64,000 nucleotides of DNA from Paramoeba atlantica (taxonomy: Eukaryota; Protista; Discosea), in assembly GCA_977017575.1 (NCBI GenBank), contig CDRNVI010000099.1:62001-126000 (forward strand), read 5' to 3'. This document shows, piece after piece, positions 22,953 through 33,446 of this stretch. The notes under the pieces were generated by a model. The model was not told the origin of the DNA, made no database searches, and saw only the letters and a list, made by a program, of their open reading frames with translations. Every line of letters starts with the position of its first letter. Position 1 is the stretch's first letter. The translations under genes and the position numbers were made by a program.

Positions 22953-25356
22953 TTGATTATTAATAGAGGGCTGCGCAGTATGTCGTGGACCGGTATCTAG
23001 CGTGTTTATGGAGCTGTGATAATGTACGGTATTCAATGTCCCGCATGGAGAGAGTACGTGCTAAGTGTATGCCACGACTTCCTAGGGAAATCTGAACAGG
23101 GAAGATAGAGACGGCTTGGAATCTCCTTCTAGCTGTTAAGCGCTTCCTTTTCTTCCCGGAGGACAAGCTATCGCAAAGACAGCTTGCACGCGAACTACGC
23201 ATGCGAGCTCACCTTGAGGGCTCAGAAACCTCGGCCCCGACCACCCCCAACCCGGCCAACGGCTCCCCTATGTCGGCGGTCAAACGCGCGACGGAACTGA
23301 TTAGAGCAGAAGCTTTCTCGAGAGCCGCCAAAATTCTGGAGGCACCGCTCGACCCACCGGCCAATCCCGCGGCAGCCCTTGCACAAGCCAAACGACTTCA
23401 TCCTTCTGAGGGACCCTACACCACGGGGAAATATCTCTACGATAAGGACCGACACGGGTCCCTGCCTTCCCTTGCGGATGTAGCTAGAAAGGCCCAAAGC
23501 CTGGCACCGCTTCGCGCCCCAGGCCCGACAGGGTGGACTAAAGAACTCGTAACCCCAGTTCTAATGGACAACGGTCCACGTGACACAGTCACGTGGACCA
23601 TACATGGAATACTAACCAACTCTCTCCGTCCCTCGATGCGCGAGCTGCTTACGGGGGCATCGTTGAAACTATTTACCAAGCCGGGCGCCCCAGCTGGACA
23701 TCACTCCTCGTACCGCCCCATAGCGATGGGGGAATGCCTTCTGAAGGTCGCCGGTCTTCTGGCCCTGGAGAAAGTGAGAGAACACCTCCCCACATTCTTC
23801 CAAGGACTCCAGTTCGGAGCACAATACACCCAAGGGTGTGAACATATTATACACAGTGTCCGAAAGCACTTCCGGGACAGGCCCGATGAAATCATAGTGG
23901 CTGCGGACCTGGAAAATGCTTTCAATATCTCGCGGTCTGTCATCTTCCGGGCCCTGGAGGGGGACCCGAAGCTACTCCCTCTGGAGGGTATCACCCTCTT
24001 TAGCTACGGGAAGGCTAGCTCTCTTCACTTGGGGGAAGGTACATCTATTATAAGTTCCAGAGGGGTTAAGCAAGGTGATCCTATGGCTCCTATCCTATTC
24101 GCCATAGGGATACACGGGGCCATAGCCAAAGTGGCTGCTAAATTCCCTGGAACCCTCAAAGTCTGGGCGTCTCTGGATAATGTTACCTTTGCAGGGGAGC
24201 CCAAGGTGTGCGGGGCGGCCCTGGAGGCAATGCAAGGGGAGATTAAGTCACTAGGGCTTAACATCCCTTTTGAGCATAAGGCCGAGGGCATGCAGGCCAA
24301 GGCCAAATGTGTCCTGCAAGGCCTACCTCAAGGCCAGTCGACTAAAGATCAGCGTCGCTCCCTCTGCGAGGCGGCCCTACTGAAAGGCCCATCCACCACG
24401 CAACTGGTCTGCATGCGGCAGATTCAGAACGTTCATTCCACAAAGTGGATGAATGCGTGGCCCAACCGGCCGGAGTACTACATGTGGGACCCGCAGTGGG
24501 AGACTACGGCCCGTCTCCGGTACTTGGTCGCCCGTACCTCGGAGCCTGAGCTCCAGTGCGTGTGCGGTGCAACCCTCCGCAACGAGGAGTTTTGCGTACA
24601 CGCACTGGATTGTAAGAAGGTTAAGGGGAAAACCCAGGCCTCCCGCCACAAGGAGGTCAAGGAGGCCTTCAGAAACCTCCTAATCCACTACGCGTCTAAT
24701 CCAAAGGTAGGTTTAATCCAAAGGTTCTCATCCAAACTATGGATCTACCAACATGCCGTCCTATCCGAATTGCGCTTTCAATTCGTTGTTCATGCTAGCC
24801 TTACTCATTCAGTGAGAGGCTACAAAAGAGAGCCACCCACCATATCAAGAAGTGGATGAACTTTGCCTCTGCCACCAGTACTGAAAGCTTATATACCTCA
24901 CGCGGATGGAATCTTACAAGCGCATCGCAATTATGGCACCTTTGGACCGGGGAAGCTCTTTGCCATATGCAAAGTTCTTGTGACCCGAATGTGCTACAAT
25001 CCCTCCGCTCCCGAATAGAGGAAGAGAAGAATGTACCCCGCCGAGGCTTGATAAGACCAGCAACTTATACTCTTGATGATCTTGCAGATTTCAACCGAGT
25101 CAAGGACATCCTACGCAAACAGTATGAAACGAACACGTTACAGAAACTGAAAAAACGGGCCCCAATAAGTTCAAAATGGTGGGTCCTACCGGTTGATCCT
25201 GACACAGCTAAACATTTTGCGGCAGCGATAAACGGAATAAAGAACTATAAGCTTTCCCGATTTGCAGCATCGATTATGACCCTGACACCTCTCCCCTCCT
25301 GCGCCGCTCTCCGCAGATGGGGAATATCATCACACTCAAATACGACGTGCCCCATA

Positions 25357-26883
25357 CAGGGGTGCGGGTCTAAAGGTGGGGGGGTCTAAAATTCGTAAAA
25401 GTTGTCCAATTTTGGAAAATAATAGCGCATTGGATAGCTCTCACAGAGTTGTATGTTTTAGGCGCATTAAAACCCTGTGATTTTTTTTGATACCACATTT
25501 CGCTTTTTTCCCTCGCAGGAATTACATTTTTTACTAGAAAATGCCCCAAATGCGCGCTCGCTCGAGGACTTCCCGTGGAGTACTGAGCGATAGATCGTAT
25601 TCTTCCCCCGCCCCCGTCAAAGAGAGTCACCGCATGCTTTTGGTGGCGGAATACGAGCGCACAGGATCGTACTCCGCTACGGCGCAGCACTTTGGTGTTC
25701 ATGAGAACACTGTAAAACGTTGGGTTGAACGTTTTACCCTTACGGGTGACGTGTTAACGGCATCCCGAGAGCGTGTCTCGACGGTGGTTACCCCTGCGTT
25801 CCTGGATGTGGCTCTCAAGCTTGTCGACGAGGGGTATCGCGACCTTGTTTACGGCGTAGAGAGCTGGAGCGATCTTCTGCGAGAGATCCGTAGCCAAGGA
25901 TTCACCTGCAGTCGACGGACCCTAGTCGACACATTGAAGAAGCAAGGCGTTGTGCTCCGCACTCTTCGGCGACGACCATCACTCACACTCGAACACAAGG
26001 AGAAACGGTTGCAATTTTGTAAGGCGATGCTCGAGAAGAGCGACGCTCAACTCCTTCATTTTGTTTATTGTGACGAAAAGAAGTTTACTTGCGGTCGTGG
26101 GCGTTCCGGGCGAACTTACCTTTGTCGGAGGACGGACCCCCATAAGGAACAACGAGGCGAGCTAGAATCATGGTACGGCGGAAATGGGATTATGGTTTGG
26201 ATGGGTGTGAGCCTCAAACACGGCTTCCATCTCCACATTTTCCCTCCTCGAAATTCAGAAGGCCAGAAACTCACCGTTACGGGTGAAATTTTTGATCAGG
26301 CTATGAAAAAGCCACGGGGCTTCCTTCAATATTTAAAGCGACATCCAGCGGCCATTATTGCCATGGACAACTGCCCGGCCCACAACAAGGCGCGTGCCAC
26401 GTTCCGTGATACAGGAATTTCCGTTCTCCCCTGGCCTGCAAAATCTCCAGACCTGAATCCGATCGAAAATTTGTGGTCTGTGATGGACACAGACAAAAAT
26501 CTTCTTCGACCCCGAAATCGACAGCAACTGGAAGCCGCCATTGAGGGGTCTTTCCTTAAATTGAAACAGACCCACTCTGCAACGGTTCAGAAAACGTTGA
26601 AGAGTTTCAGGAAGCGTTGTGAAATTGTTATTAGTCGGAACGGGGGGCACTGTGGTTACTAATTGTCTTTTGCAATCCAAATTACAGAAATTATTGACAT
26701 CACTAAAGTATTGCAATATGTGTTTTTGACCCTTACATGAAAGGGGGGTACCCCCCAAACCCCGGATGCTACCTATCCTAAAACATACAACTCTGTGAGA
26801 GCTATCCAATGCGCTATTATTTTCCAAAATTGGACAACTTTTACGAATTTTAGACCCCCCCCACCTTTAGATTCGCACCCCAG
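25357..26883 (+). mobile_element. Complete Tc1/IS630-family transposon with ~105-bp TIRs, at TA
   Basis: TA|CAGGGGTGCG left end; inverted copy at ~26778-26883 with altered last bases; splits the host retroelement in its CPI|CS zinc knuckle. Confidence 0.92.
25541..26662 (+). CDS. Tc1-like transposase, DD32E (373 aa)
   Basis: N-terminal HTH (TVKRWVERF), CDEKKF, MDNCPAH, WPAKSPDLNPIENLW; intact frame. Confidence 0.93.
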   Translation: MPQMRARSRTSRGVLSDRSYSSPAPVKESHRMLLVAEYERTGSYSATAQHFGVHENTVKRWVERFTLTGDVLTASRERVSTVVTPAFLDVALKLVDEGYRDLVYGVESWSDLLREIRSQGFTCSRRTLVDTLKKQGVVLRTLRRRPSLTLEHKEKRLQFCKAMLEKSDAQLLHFVYCDEKKFTCGRGRSGRTYLCRRTDPHKEQRGELESWYGGNGIMVWMGVSLKHGFHLHIFPPRNSEGQKLTVTGEIFDQAMKKPRGFLQYLKRHPAAIIAMDNCPAHNKARATFRDTGISVLPWPAKSPDLNPIENLWSVMDTDKNLLRPRNRQQLEAAIEGSFLKLKQTHSATVQKTLKSFRKRCEIVISRNGGHCGY

Positions 26884-27817
26884 ATGTTCTAGAGAAATAC
26901 AAACACCGCGTCACGTCCTCTCCTCCTCTACCGTATCCTTGGAACAAGGACGATACTCCTATCGACATAATCTGCTGCTTCAAGAGCTCGCGACTCATCT
27001 CCTAAAGTTTCCGTACACTTCGAAAGCCAACTTTGACATTCCGGGACTGCGCAACCCCCCGGACTGGATGGTAAACGATCTATCATTGTTGCGGCCAGAT
27101 GGCTGGGTGCAACTCAAGAATGTATGCGAATACATTATCGATTTTTTTTGTCATCCCCCGAGCCCATTAGCGCACGCCCCTACAGTACCATTTTTGTACC
27201 AGAGTCCCGGGGCCGGGGACACCGTACGTGGTGAGGACCAAAGGGAAAAAATATTAATTATCGAACTCACAATACCTTGGGAAGAGAACCTCGCTGAGGC
27301 GCATCGGCGCAAACGAAACAAATACAGCCAGTTAATGTTCAAGCGTCGTGCAGAAAAAGTACCCTGCTGTTCGATAGTTTTTGAAATAGGAGCGTGTTTA
27401 ATGCCTAACACGACCTCCTCACGAGTCAGTGTCCCATTCCATGGGGAAGAAGAGGCATCTTCCTGTGTACAGCACATGATCCGAAGTGCAATCTTCGGGA
27501 GTTATGTGATCTGGACGCGGCGCGAGGACCCCGCATGGTCCGATGAACCACGCGAAGAATGATTAGACTTTCGGTAGACACGTTGTATGCGTGCTAACCG
27601 AATTAAATTCTCTTCCGGCTCGCCCGGTATGAAACGGAAATGGAGGTAGGCGTCCTACGCTCCCATTCATCCAACCTCTGCCCGCTGCGTGGGTGCATAC
27701 AGGGCTGTAAAGAAGGACGAAAAGTTTGCACAAGCGCTATTTGATTTGCGAATAACCAATGACCGTATCGAATGTGAGACCCCCTTTAGCGTATCAAATG
27801 CGCGTGATATAAATTTA

Positions 27818-28387
27818 CCGTCAAAGTACTAATTATCAATAATAATAATTAACGGATTTTTTTGGGAGGAAATTATGCCGTTAATTATTATTCCAATGTT
27901 TTTTACGAAATTCGTAACAAAATTTAAGCGTCAAGAGAAAACATTAATGAGAAGATTTTCAAAAAATCTTCAAAACATATTAAGAAATCCAATTACGTAT
28001 GTTTACATGACGGAAAAACAAGGCCAACCTTAGAAATGAGCGGAAAAAACCCAAGTAAACATGATATGAAAACATACTAAACGTTCTTAAAGATATCAAA
28101 GCCTTAGTCAATATCAGTAACGTGATTTGGTTGGATAAAACCTTTCATTACATCTATCTTGTAACTTCTGCGGATACGTCGTAATCAATTCATACTTTCG
28201 CGGTGACGTCGTATTTTTTCTTCCGGAGAGAAATATTTTGAATTTTGTTGATGAACAGACCGACCACCGATAAAAATGTTTGGGAAGATTTCGGTGAAAA
28301 TCTAAAAAATAATAATTATTCCGTTAATTATTGTTCCGTTAATTTTTATTCCAATGATTTTTATTCCGTTAATAAGTACCTTCACGG
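27818..28387. mobile_element. AT-rich MITE, TA|CCGT termini
   Basis: taccgtcaaagtact../..agtaccttcacggta; ccgttaatt subterminal repeats. Confidence 0.65.
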
Positions 28388-28925
28388 TATTTCCCTCCCG
28401 TATTTCGTTAAGATAACTGCACAACCTCTCAAATAAGATTTCTTCACGCAGACATGAAAAAAGGGTATTAATTAATACCGATTTATGAAGAGCTCGAAGC
28501 CGTATGCTGTATGCATGTTGGAGATCACATGTTTCGTCCCCGTGTACTCCAATGGGCTACAACTATCAGCAACACCCTCGTGGCGCAGTTGAGAGGAAAA
28601 CGTGCTATCGCAAAGCTCTGAAATTCGTTTCTTTATGTACTGTGGTGTGGACATGGAGCATTGACCACTTTGAACTATGAGTTAGGAACAATGGGTTAGG
28701 GTAACAATGAGTTAGAAGTGAAAAACAAACCCGATAGGAAGAATAAGGAAAAGCAAAAGGGAATGATGAGCAGTAGATGTCAAGAAGAATTATATTTATA
28801 TTTAGGTTGTTAATATTTAAGTTTAATATTTTTCTGTTGTATCAAGTATAGAAAAAGTTTTCCACTGTATATGGCTTCCCTTGTTTACGTTTTGAATACA
28901 TTCTCATATCTCTCAACACCATAAC

Positions 28926-29666
28926 TTAGTTAATAAGAACAATATTCGTACTCAGGAGACGAAACGGGTTATCAATTACGTGCTGCGGAAGTTCTGACCT
29001 CTTTACTTCAGCACATAACGCTTCGTTACATCTTACGTCCAGGCAGAACAGCGATCGGGGAAGGTGCATGAAATCAATCAGCCCTGAAAAGAGGTTGTGG
29101 TGGAGAGACAAGATCTGCATGCCGTGCGGAAGTGCGTTCAACTCAAGACCTCCGGTAAGAGAATTATGGCAAAGATCCAGTTTCTCAATTTCCACTGGAA
29201 GCTCACTTAAACAGATATTTCCAACGAACTTGTTTTTCCCCATATCCACCTGCCTCATGCTCGGGGGTAGAGCCGGCAGATCCAGACTTGCACTAAACAA
29301 ATTATTCCACACACTTATGTCTGAAAGGGTAGGGGGAAGATGACCCAATGTTACCTCACCCTTTAACCCCTGATGAGATACGAAAAACTTGGTAACCGAG
29401 TCCGGAAGATGGATCACGTCGAGCGAACCGCTCAGTGGAGGTGAATAACCAAAGGGGTTCGCACTCCAGGAAATCTCACGAACACGCTGGTCCACACAAG
29501 TGACCCCGTGCCAGTTACATGCGTGGATTTGTGCACTCCATGACGGACGCGGGTTCGAGATGTTCTGAATGAGTTTTGCGAGTTGATATTCCTGTGGTAG
29601 AACCCCCGCGGTGACTCTACCGAGACGTGTCGTTGAGGTGTCGGCGAGATGAACGTTGGGAAACAT
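28926..29666 (-). CDS. LRR family protein (246 aa)
   Basis: RLGRVTAGVLPQEYQL, CNWHGVTC, LRRs; strong polypyrimidine tract directly upstream of ATG. Confidence 0.9.
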   Translation of the reverse strand: MFPNVHLADTSTTRLGRVTAGVLPQEYQLAKLIQNISNPRPSWSAQIHACNWHGVTCVDQRVREISWSANPFGYSPPLSGSLDVIHLPDSVTKFFVSHQGLKGEVTLGHLPPTLSDISVWNNLFSASLDLPALPPSMRQVDMGKNKFVGNICLSELPVEIEKLDLCHNSLTGGLELNALPHGMQILSLHHNLFSGLIDFMHLPRSLFCLDVRCNEALCAEVKRSELPQHVIDNPFRLLSTNIVLIN

Positions 29667-30318
29667 GAGAACGGAAAAGAAGAAACAAGATAAAACGCGA
29701 ACCTCCTCAAATAGCCAAAATATGGTGAATTTCAGAATTATCCTTATACTATATCGAATGAATACATCGACGAGCTTGCATTGCTATGTTACAAGGAGCC
29801 GAACGCAATATTGCAGTTTAGAGGTAAAAGGTTATCGAATTCCAGAATTTTTAGGGGGCATTTCGATCCGACTGCCAGTCTTTTGAAACATTCGATCTTC
29901 CGAGGAACTACTCCACGGCGAGAGCATGGCATGTCTGCTCTCTGAAAAAGTGGTTCCTCAGACAGAAAACCACATTTTCGACCATTATTAGCATATGGAT
30001 GTGACAAACGCCAATCCACCCGAAGTAGTCCACAGACAAATGGCGTAAAAAGTTGGTAGTATGTGGTTCAAGTACCGCTAATCAATTGAGAAAAATCTAT
30101 TCTTTGATTCTTTTTGAAAATATAATTTTTAACAATTATGTCTTTTAAAGATAAAAGGTGAAAATGGTCATTTTAGGCACAGACTGTACCCAAACTCAGA
30201 CCGTACCGTACAGTTTGAACGCAAGATACCTGATTTAATTTATTTTCGTACGATCTAATAAGTGCCGCCCTCCACTGATAGACATACGAAGGATGGTTCG
30301 CTGAATAATGACTAATGA

Positions 30319-31011
30319 CTATTCGTCATCTTTCTGATCTCCAAATTCTACATTTTTAGGCACAACGTGCGGCTTAGCAAAGTAATTTTTTGACAGAACG
30401 AATTTGTGCACATTTTCGGGGACAAGGGTCAAGTCCAAACTACCACAGAGATAATTGGAACTTAGGTCCAGATGCTTTAGACATCCGGGAAGCTGAGTTA
30501 GATCAATCTCCCCCTCAAATTGATTAAAACTTAAATCCAAATATTCCAAGGTGCTGGGCAGATGTACCAGATCTAAGAGCCCGGTACATTTGTTCATACA
30601 AATATCAAACTTTTTTAAAGAATTTGGTAGTACAGAAAGTTGAACAGGGCCTACTAAATCCTGAAGGTACGCAGTAAAGGAAATTAACGCACATGGCATG
30701 TACTCCCACAGGAGTTCACCTGCCAACGCAGGATAGTCTGGTATGTAATCGTCATCAAAGATATCCCCCTCGAACATTGTGTTTTCCCACTGTAGAGATA
30801 TCACTTGTTTTTCCTCATTGCATACTACGTATCGCCACTCACAAGCGGGAGTGGTCTCTTTCCATGATGTTTGTCTGGTCGTTAGATTACTCACAAATCT
30901 AGACAGTGTGTATTCCTGTGGTAACACAGTGCCACGAACTTTGCTTGCACGATATGAGATATCGGCGCTCATGAGGAAAATAGCGTGCAGATCATTTCCA
31001 GGATGAGCCAT
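30319..31011 (-). CDS. LRR family protein (230 aa)
   Basis: RASKVRGTVLPQEYTL, CEWRYVVC, LRRs. Confidence 0.9.
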   Translation of the reverse strand: MAHPGNDLHAIFLMSADISYRASKVRGTVLPQEYTLSRFVSNLTTRQTSWKETTPACEWRYVVCNEEKQVISLQWENTMFEGDIFDDDYIPDYPALAGELLWEYMPCALISFTAYLQDLVGPVQLSVLPNSLKKFDICMNKCTGLLDLVHLPSTLEYLDLSFNQFEGEIDLTQLPGCLKHLDLSSNYLCGSLDLTLVPENVHKFVLSKNYFAKPHVVPKNVEFGDQKDDE

Positions 31012-31469
31012 TAAGACTACTATTACGTGTATTAAAGTTGTAACGATCTATTACAAAAGTTGTAACGATCAATTATATACAGATGTATACTTATCTGTAT
31101 TATAAATAAAACATATATGTATCATACAGATGATCTATTACGTAAATCTAAGTATATAGAGTATCTCAAGAAACGGATTACACTTTCTCATGTTGAACAT
31201 TGTTGTAAGAAAATGTTTTATAAAAGATATTACTCTACTTAATATGTATTGCGGTGGTTGTATAACTACCGCTCTCCCCTCAATTATTGAAAAAAAGTGA
31301 AAAACAGTGAAAATACAAAGAGAAACACAGTTATAATAGAAGAAAAAAAATATAAGGGGGCTCCGGTGGTCCAAAGCGCAGGGAAGTGTTAGAGTATGCC
31401 GCGGCGATAATTTTCCACCCCCCCTCCCCCCTGGTACGCGCAGGAGGGGTTCAACAAGGTCAAAATTGA

Positions 31470-31630
31470 AAGAAACATTGCTGATGCCTTCACGGCAGAA
31501 ACGATTCCGCACTCCCACAGCAGTCCTTTCCGCCCGGCTCTGAATTAGACGCTCAGAGCGTCTTATCGAAGTCTCAGAGAGCTTTCTAGGGCGACCTCCC
31601 TTGTTAATGCGTTGCGTCGTCCCGTTCATC
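31470..31630 (-). mobile_element. Tc1 N-terminal HTH remnant
   Basis: GGRPRKLSETSIRR. Confidence 0.55.
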
Positions 31631-31663
31631 GACCTTATTGTGCTCACTGCACCTACACTTATA

Positions 31664-32711
31664 CAGGGGGGATCACCAATATCAGGACACCTCCCATTTT
31701 TGGGCCGTGGGTCCGTTTCACCTGAGTTTTGTTGCAAAAGAGAGATCTCGACGCGAATATGATCGGAACGACATTTTGCGCCTATTTAAACACACTTGCA
31801 AAAAATAGTATAAAAAAATAAAAAAAAATCTCCGGTCCGGAACGCGCGAATGGATTGGGCATGGATTGCTTGTTTTAATTTTTACTGTTTTTCTTGTTTG
31901 TAGTATATACTTAGGGGAGACTAAATTGCTAGTTTTGGGCTGAGAAAAAAGGTACATCTGTGGACAGAAAAAGAATTGCTAATTTGATTGTTTGTTTTCA
32001 ACTCGTATACCCCCCCCCCAATGGACCTACTTGGTTCGTCTACTGGGTCAAAATATAGAGGCAATGCCGCGATTCATACTTCTCCCCCCTTATTAATTGC
32101 AAAAAAAAAAAAATCTCCAAAAAATATGCAAATTTATGTAAAAATCCCGTTAAAATTGTCTATTAAAGGATATAATTCTCTTTTATTGCACCGGGTCATG
32201 GGCAAGCTCGTCGTGCGGGATTGAAAGCAGGCCTAAAAATTATTGATTGGCCCTCAAAGTCATCTGACATAAACTTGATAGAAAACTTGTGGTCAATCAT
32301 GGATGACTACATTCATAGTTCTTTGCGTCCGAAAATTAGGCATGAATTGCGAGAGGCCATACCCAAGGCTATTGAATATCTCCTAACCGAAAAGCGGGAT
32401 ATCCTAGAGAAGACTCTGAAGAGCCTCCCAAAACGGTTAGAAGAGTTACGAAAGTGTAACGGAGGGGTTATTTCATACTAAATAACTTTTTCAATGCTTT
32501 TTAAGACATTTTTATCCACATTTTCAAATGTGCAAATTTTGAAAAAAATCGTTTTTGTCGTACACACCCTACTTTTTAGGTGTGTTTCAATAGGCGCAAA
32601 ATGTCGTTCCGATGATATTCGCGTCGAGATCTCTCTTTTGCAACAAAAATCAGGTGAAACGGACACATGGCACAAAAATGGCGGGTGTCCCGATATTGGT
32701 GATCCCCCCTG
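31664..32711 (+). mobile_element. Internally deleted Tc1 element, family B, ~100-bp TIRs, TA duplication
   Basis: TA|CAGGGGGGATCACCAATATC..GATATTGGTGATCCCCCCTG|TA; fragment WPSKSSDINLIENLW at 32221-32481; solo TIR also at 13924-14020. Confidence 0.9.
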
Positions 32712-33076
32712 TATAGTGTACCTACACTCATATATTTCCGCACCCCGGGTTACACACTTCATTTTCCGACTGAAGACTTCAGTTATATATCTTTTTGATT
32801 CACTTCAGATTGTAGTTTCAGAAAGTTTTATACACTTCAGAAGTGTGAAACGAAATACATGAGAGGCTGCGGATGGCGAGGTTTCACGAAGTTTCGCGAG
32901 ATTTCCCCCGCAGCCCCTCACATGTAAATACAGTATACGAAACAAAAGGCCGTTCTGGTCAGACTTTTATTGTAACTCAAAGATTGTTTTATTCAGACTT
33001 TGAGACGGTGATTAATCTCCTTGAGTGAGACTTCACTGATGTCAATACCTCCAATAAAATTCTAAAGAGTCAGGGA

Positions 33077-33440
33077 TTAAGCACCGAAGCCAAAATTTAC
33101 TGCAGAGCGTAACTCTGATTCGTGTTTCTTGCGGCACAGTAGATCGGAGTTACCCACTAGGAACACCTTTTTGACAGAGCGTGGCAAATGCGTTAGGTCA
33201 ACAATACCTGAAAACATATTGCAAGTCAATCCCATGAACTTCAAAGTCGAAGGAAGGGAGGTAAGATCGAGAGTCCCGCTTAGTCGATTAAACGAGAGCG
33301 AAAACTTTTCTAAGTGTGGAGGAAGATTTGTGAGGCAAATTTCGCCAGTAAACATATTATTGTTCAGAAAAAGCGATTTCATGGTTTGCGGAAGAGATGG
33401 TAAGTCCAGTTCTCCTTGAAACTGATTCTGCGCAATATTA
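33077..33440 (-). pseudogene. C-terminal half of the interrupted LRR gene
   Basis: Begins mid-LRR (NIAQNQFQGELDLPSLP), lacks the N-terminal motif, abuts the retroelement 3' UTR. Confidence 0.8.
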
Positions 33441-33446
33441 TATCTA

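Larger units (their letters stand above)
22392..27562 (+). mobile_element. Mosaic RLE non-LTR retrotransposon (CRE-like RT fused to NeSL/R2-like 3' half), interrupted by a Tc1 element
   Basis: ORF 23201-24859: RPIAMGE, DLENAFN, GVKQGDPMAPILF, YLDD degraded to SLDN, CVCG..HALDC..RH. Then KLWIYQH, 24856-25355, and after the Tc1 insertion CS..HVLSS..GRYSYRHN, RPDG, ELTIPWE, FEIGA. Confidence 0.88.

Noticed and set aside
23085-23140. Twister-like UAA..GCU..UUCCAAGC on the minus strand
   Set aside because: No GAGGG, P1 and P2 are not formed, and it lies in the plus-strand coding extension of the RT ORF.
26333-27562. N-terminal 30 aa of ORF 26795-27562 and ORF 25370-25702 as protein
   Set aside because: These are read-throughs of the Tc1 TIRs.
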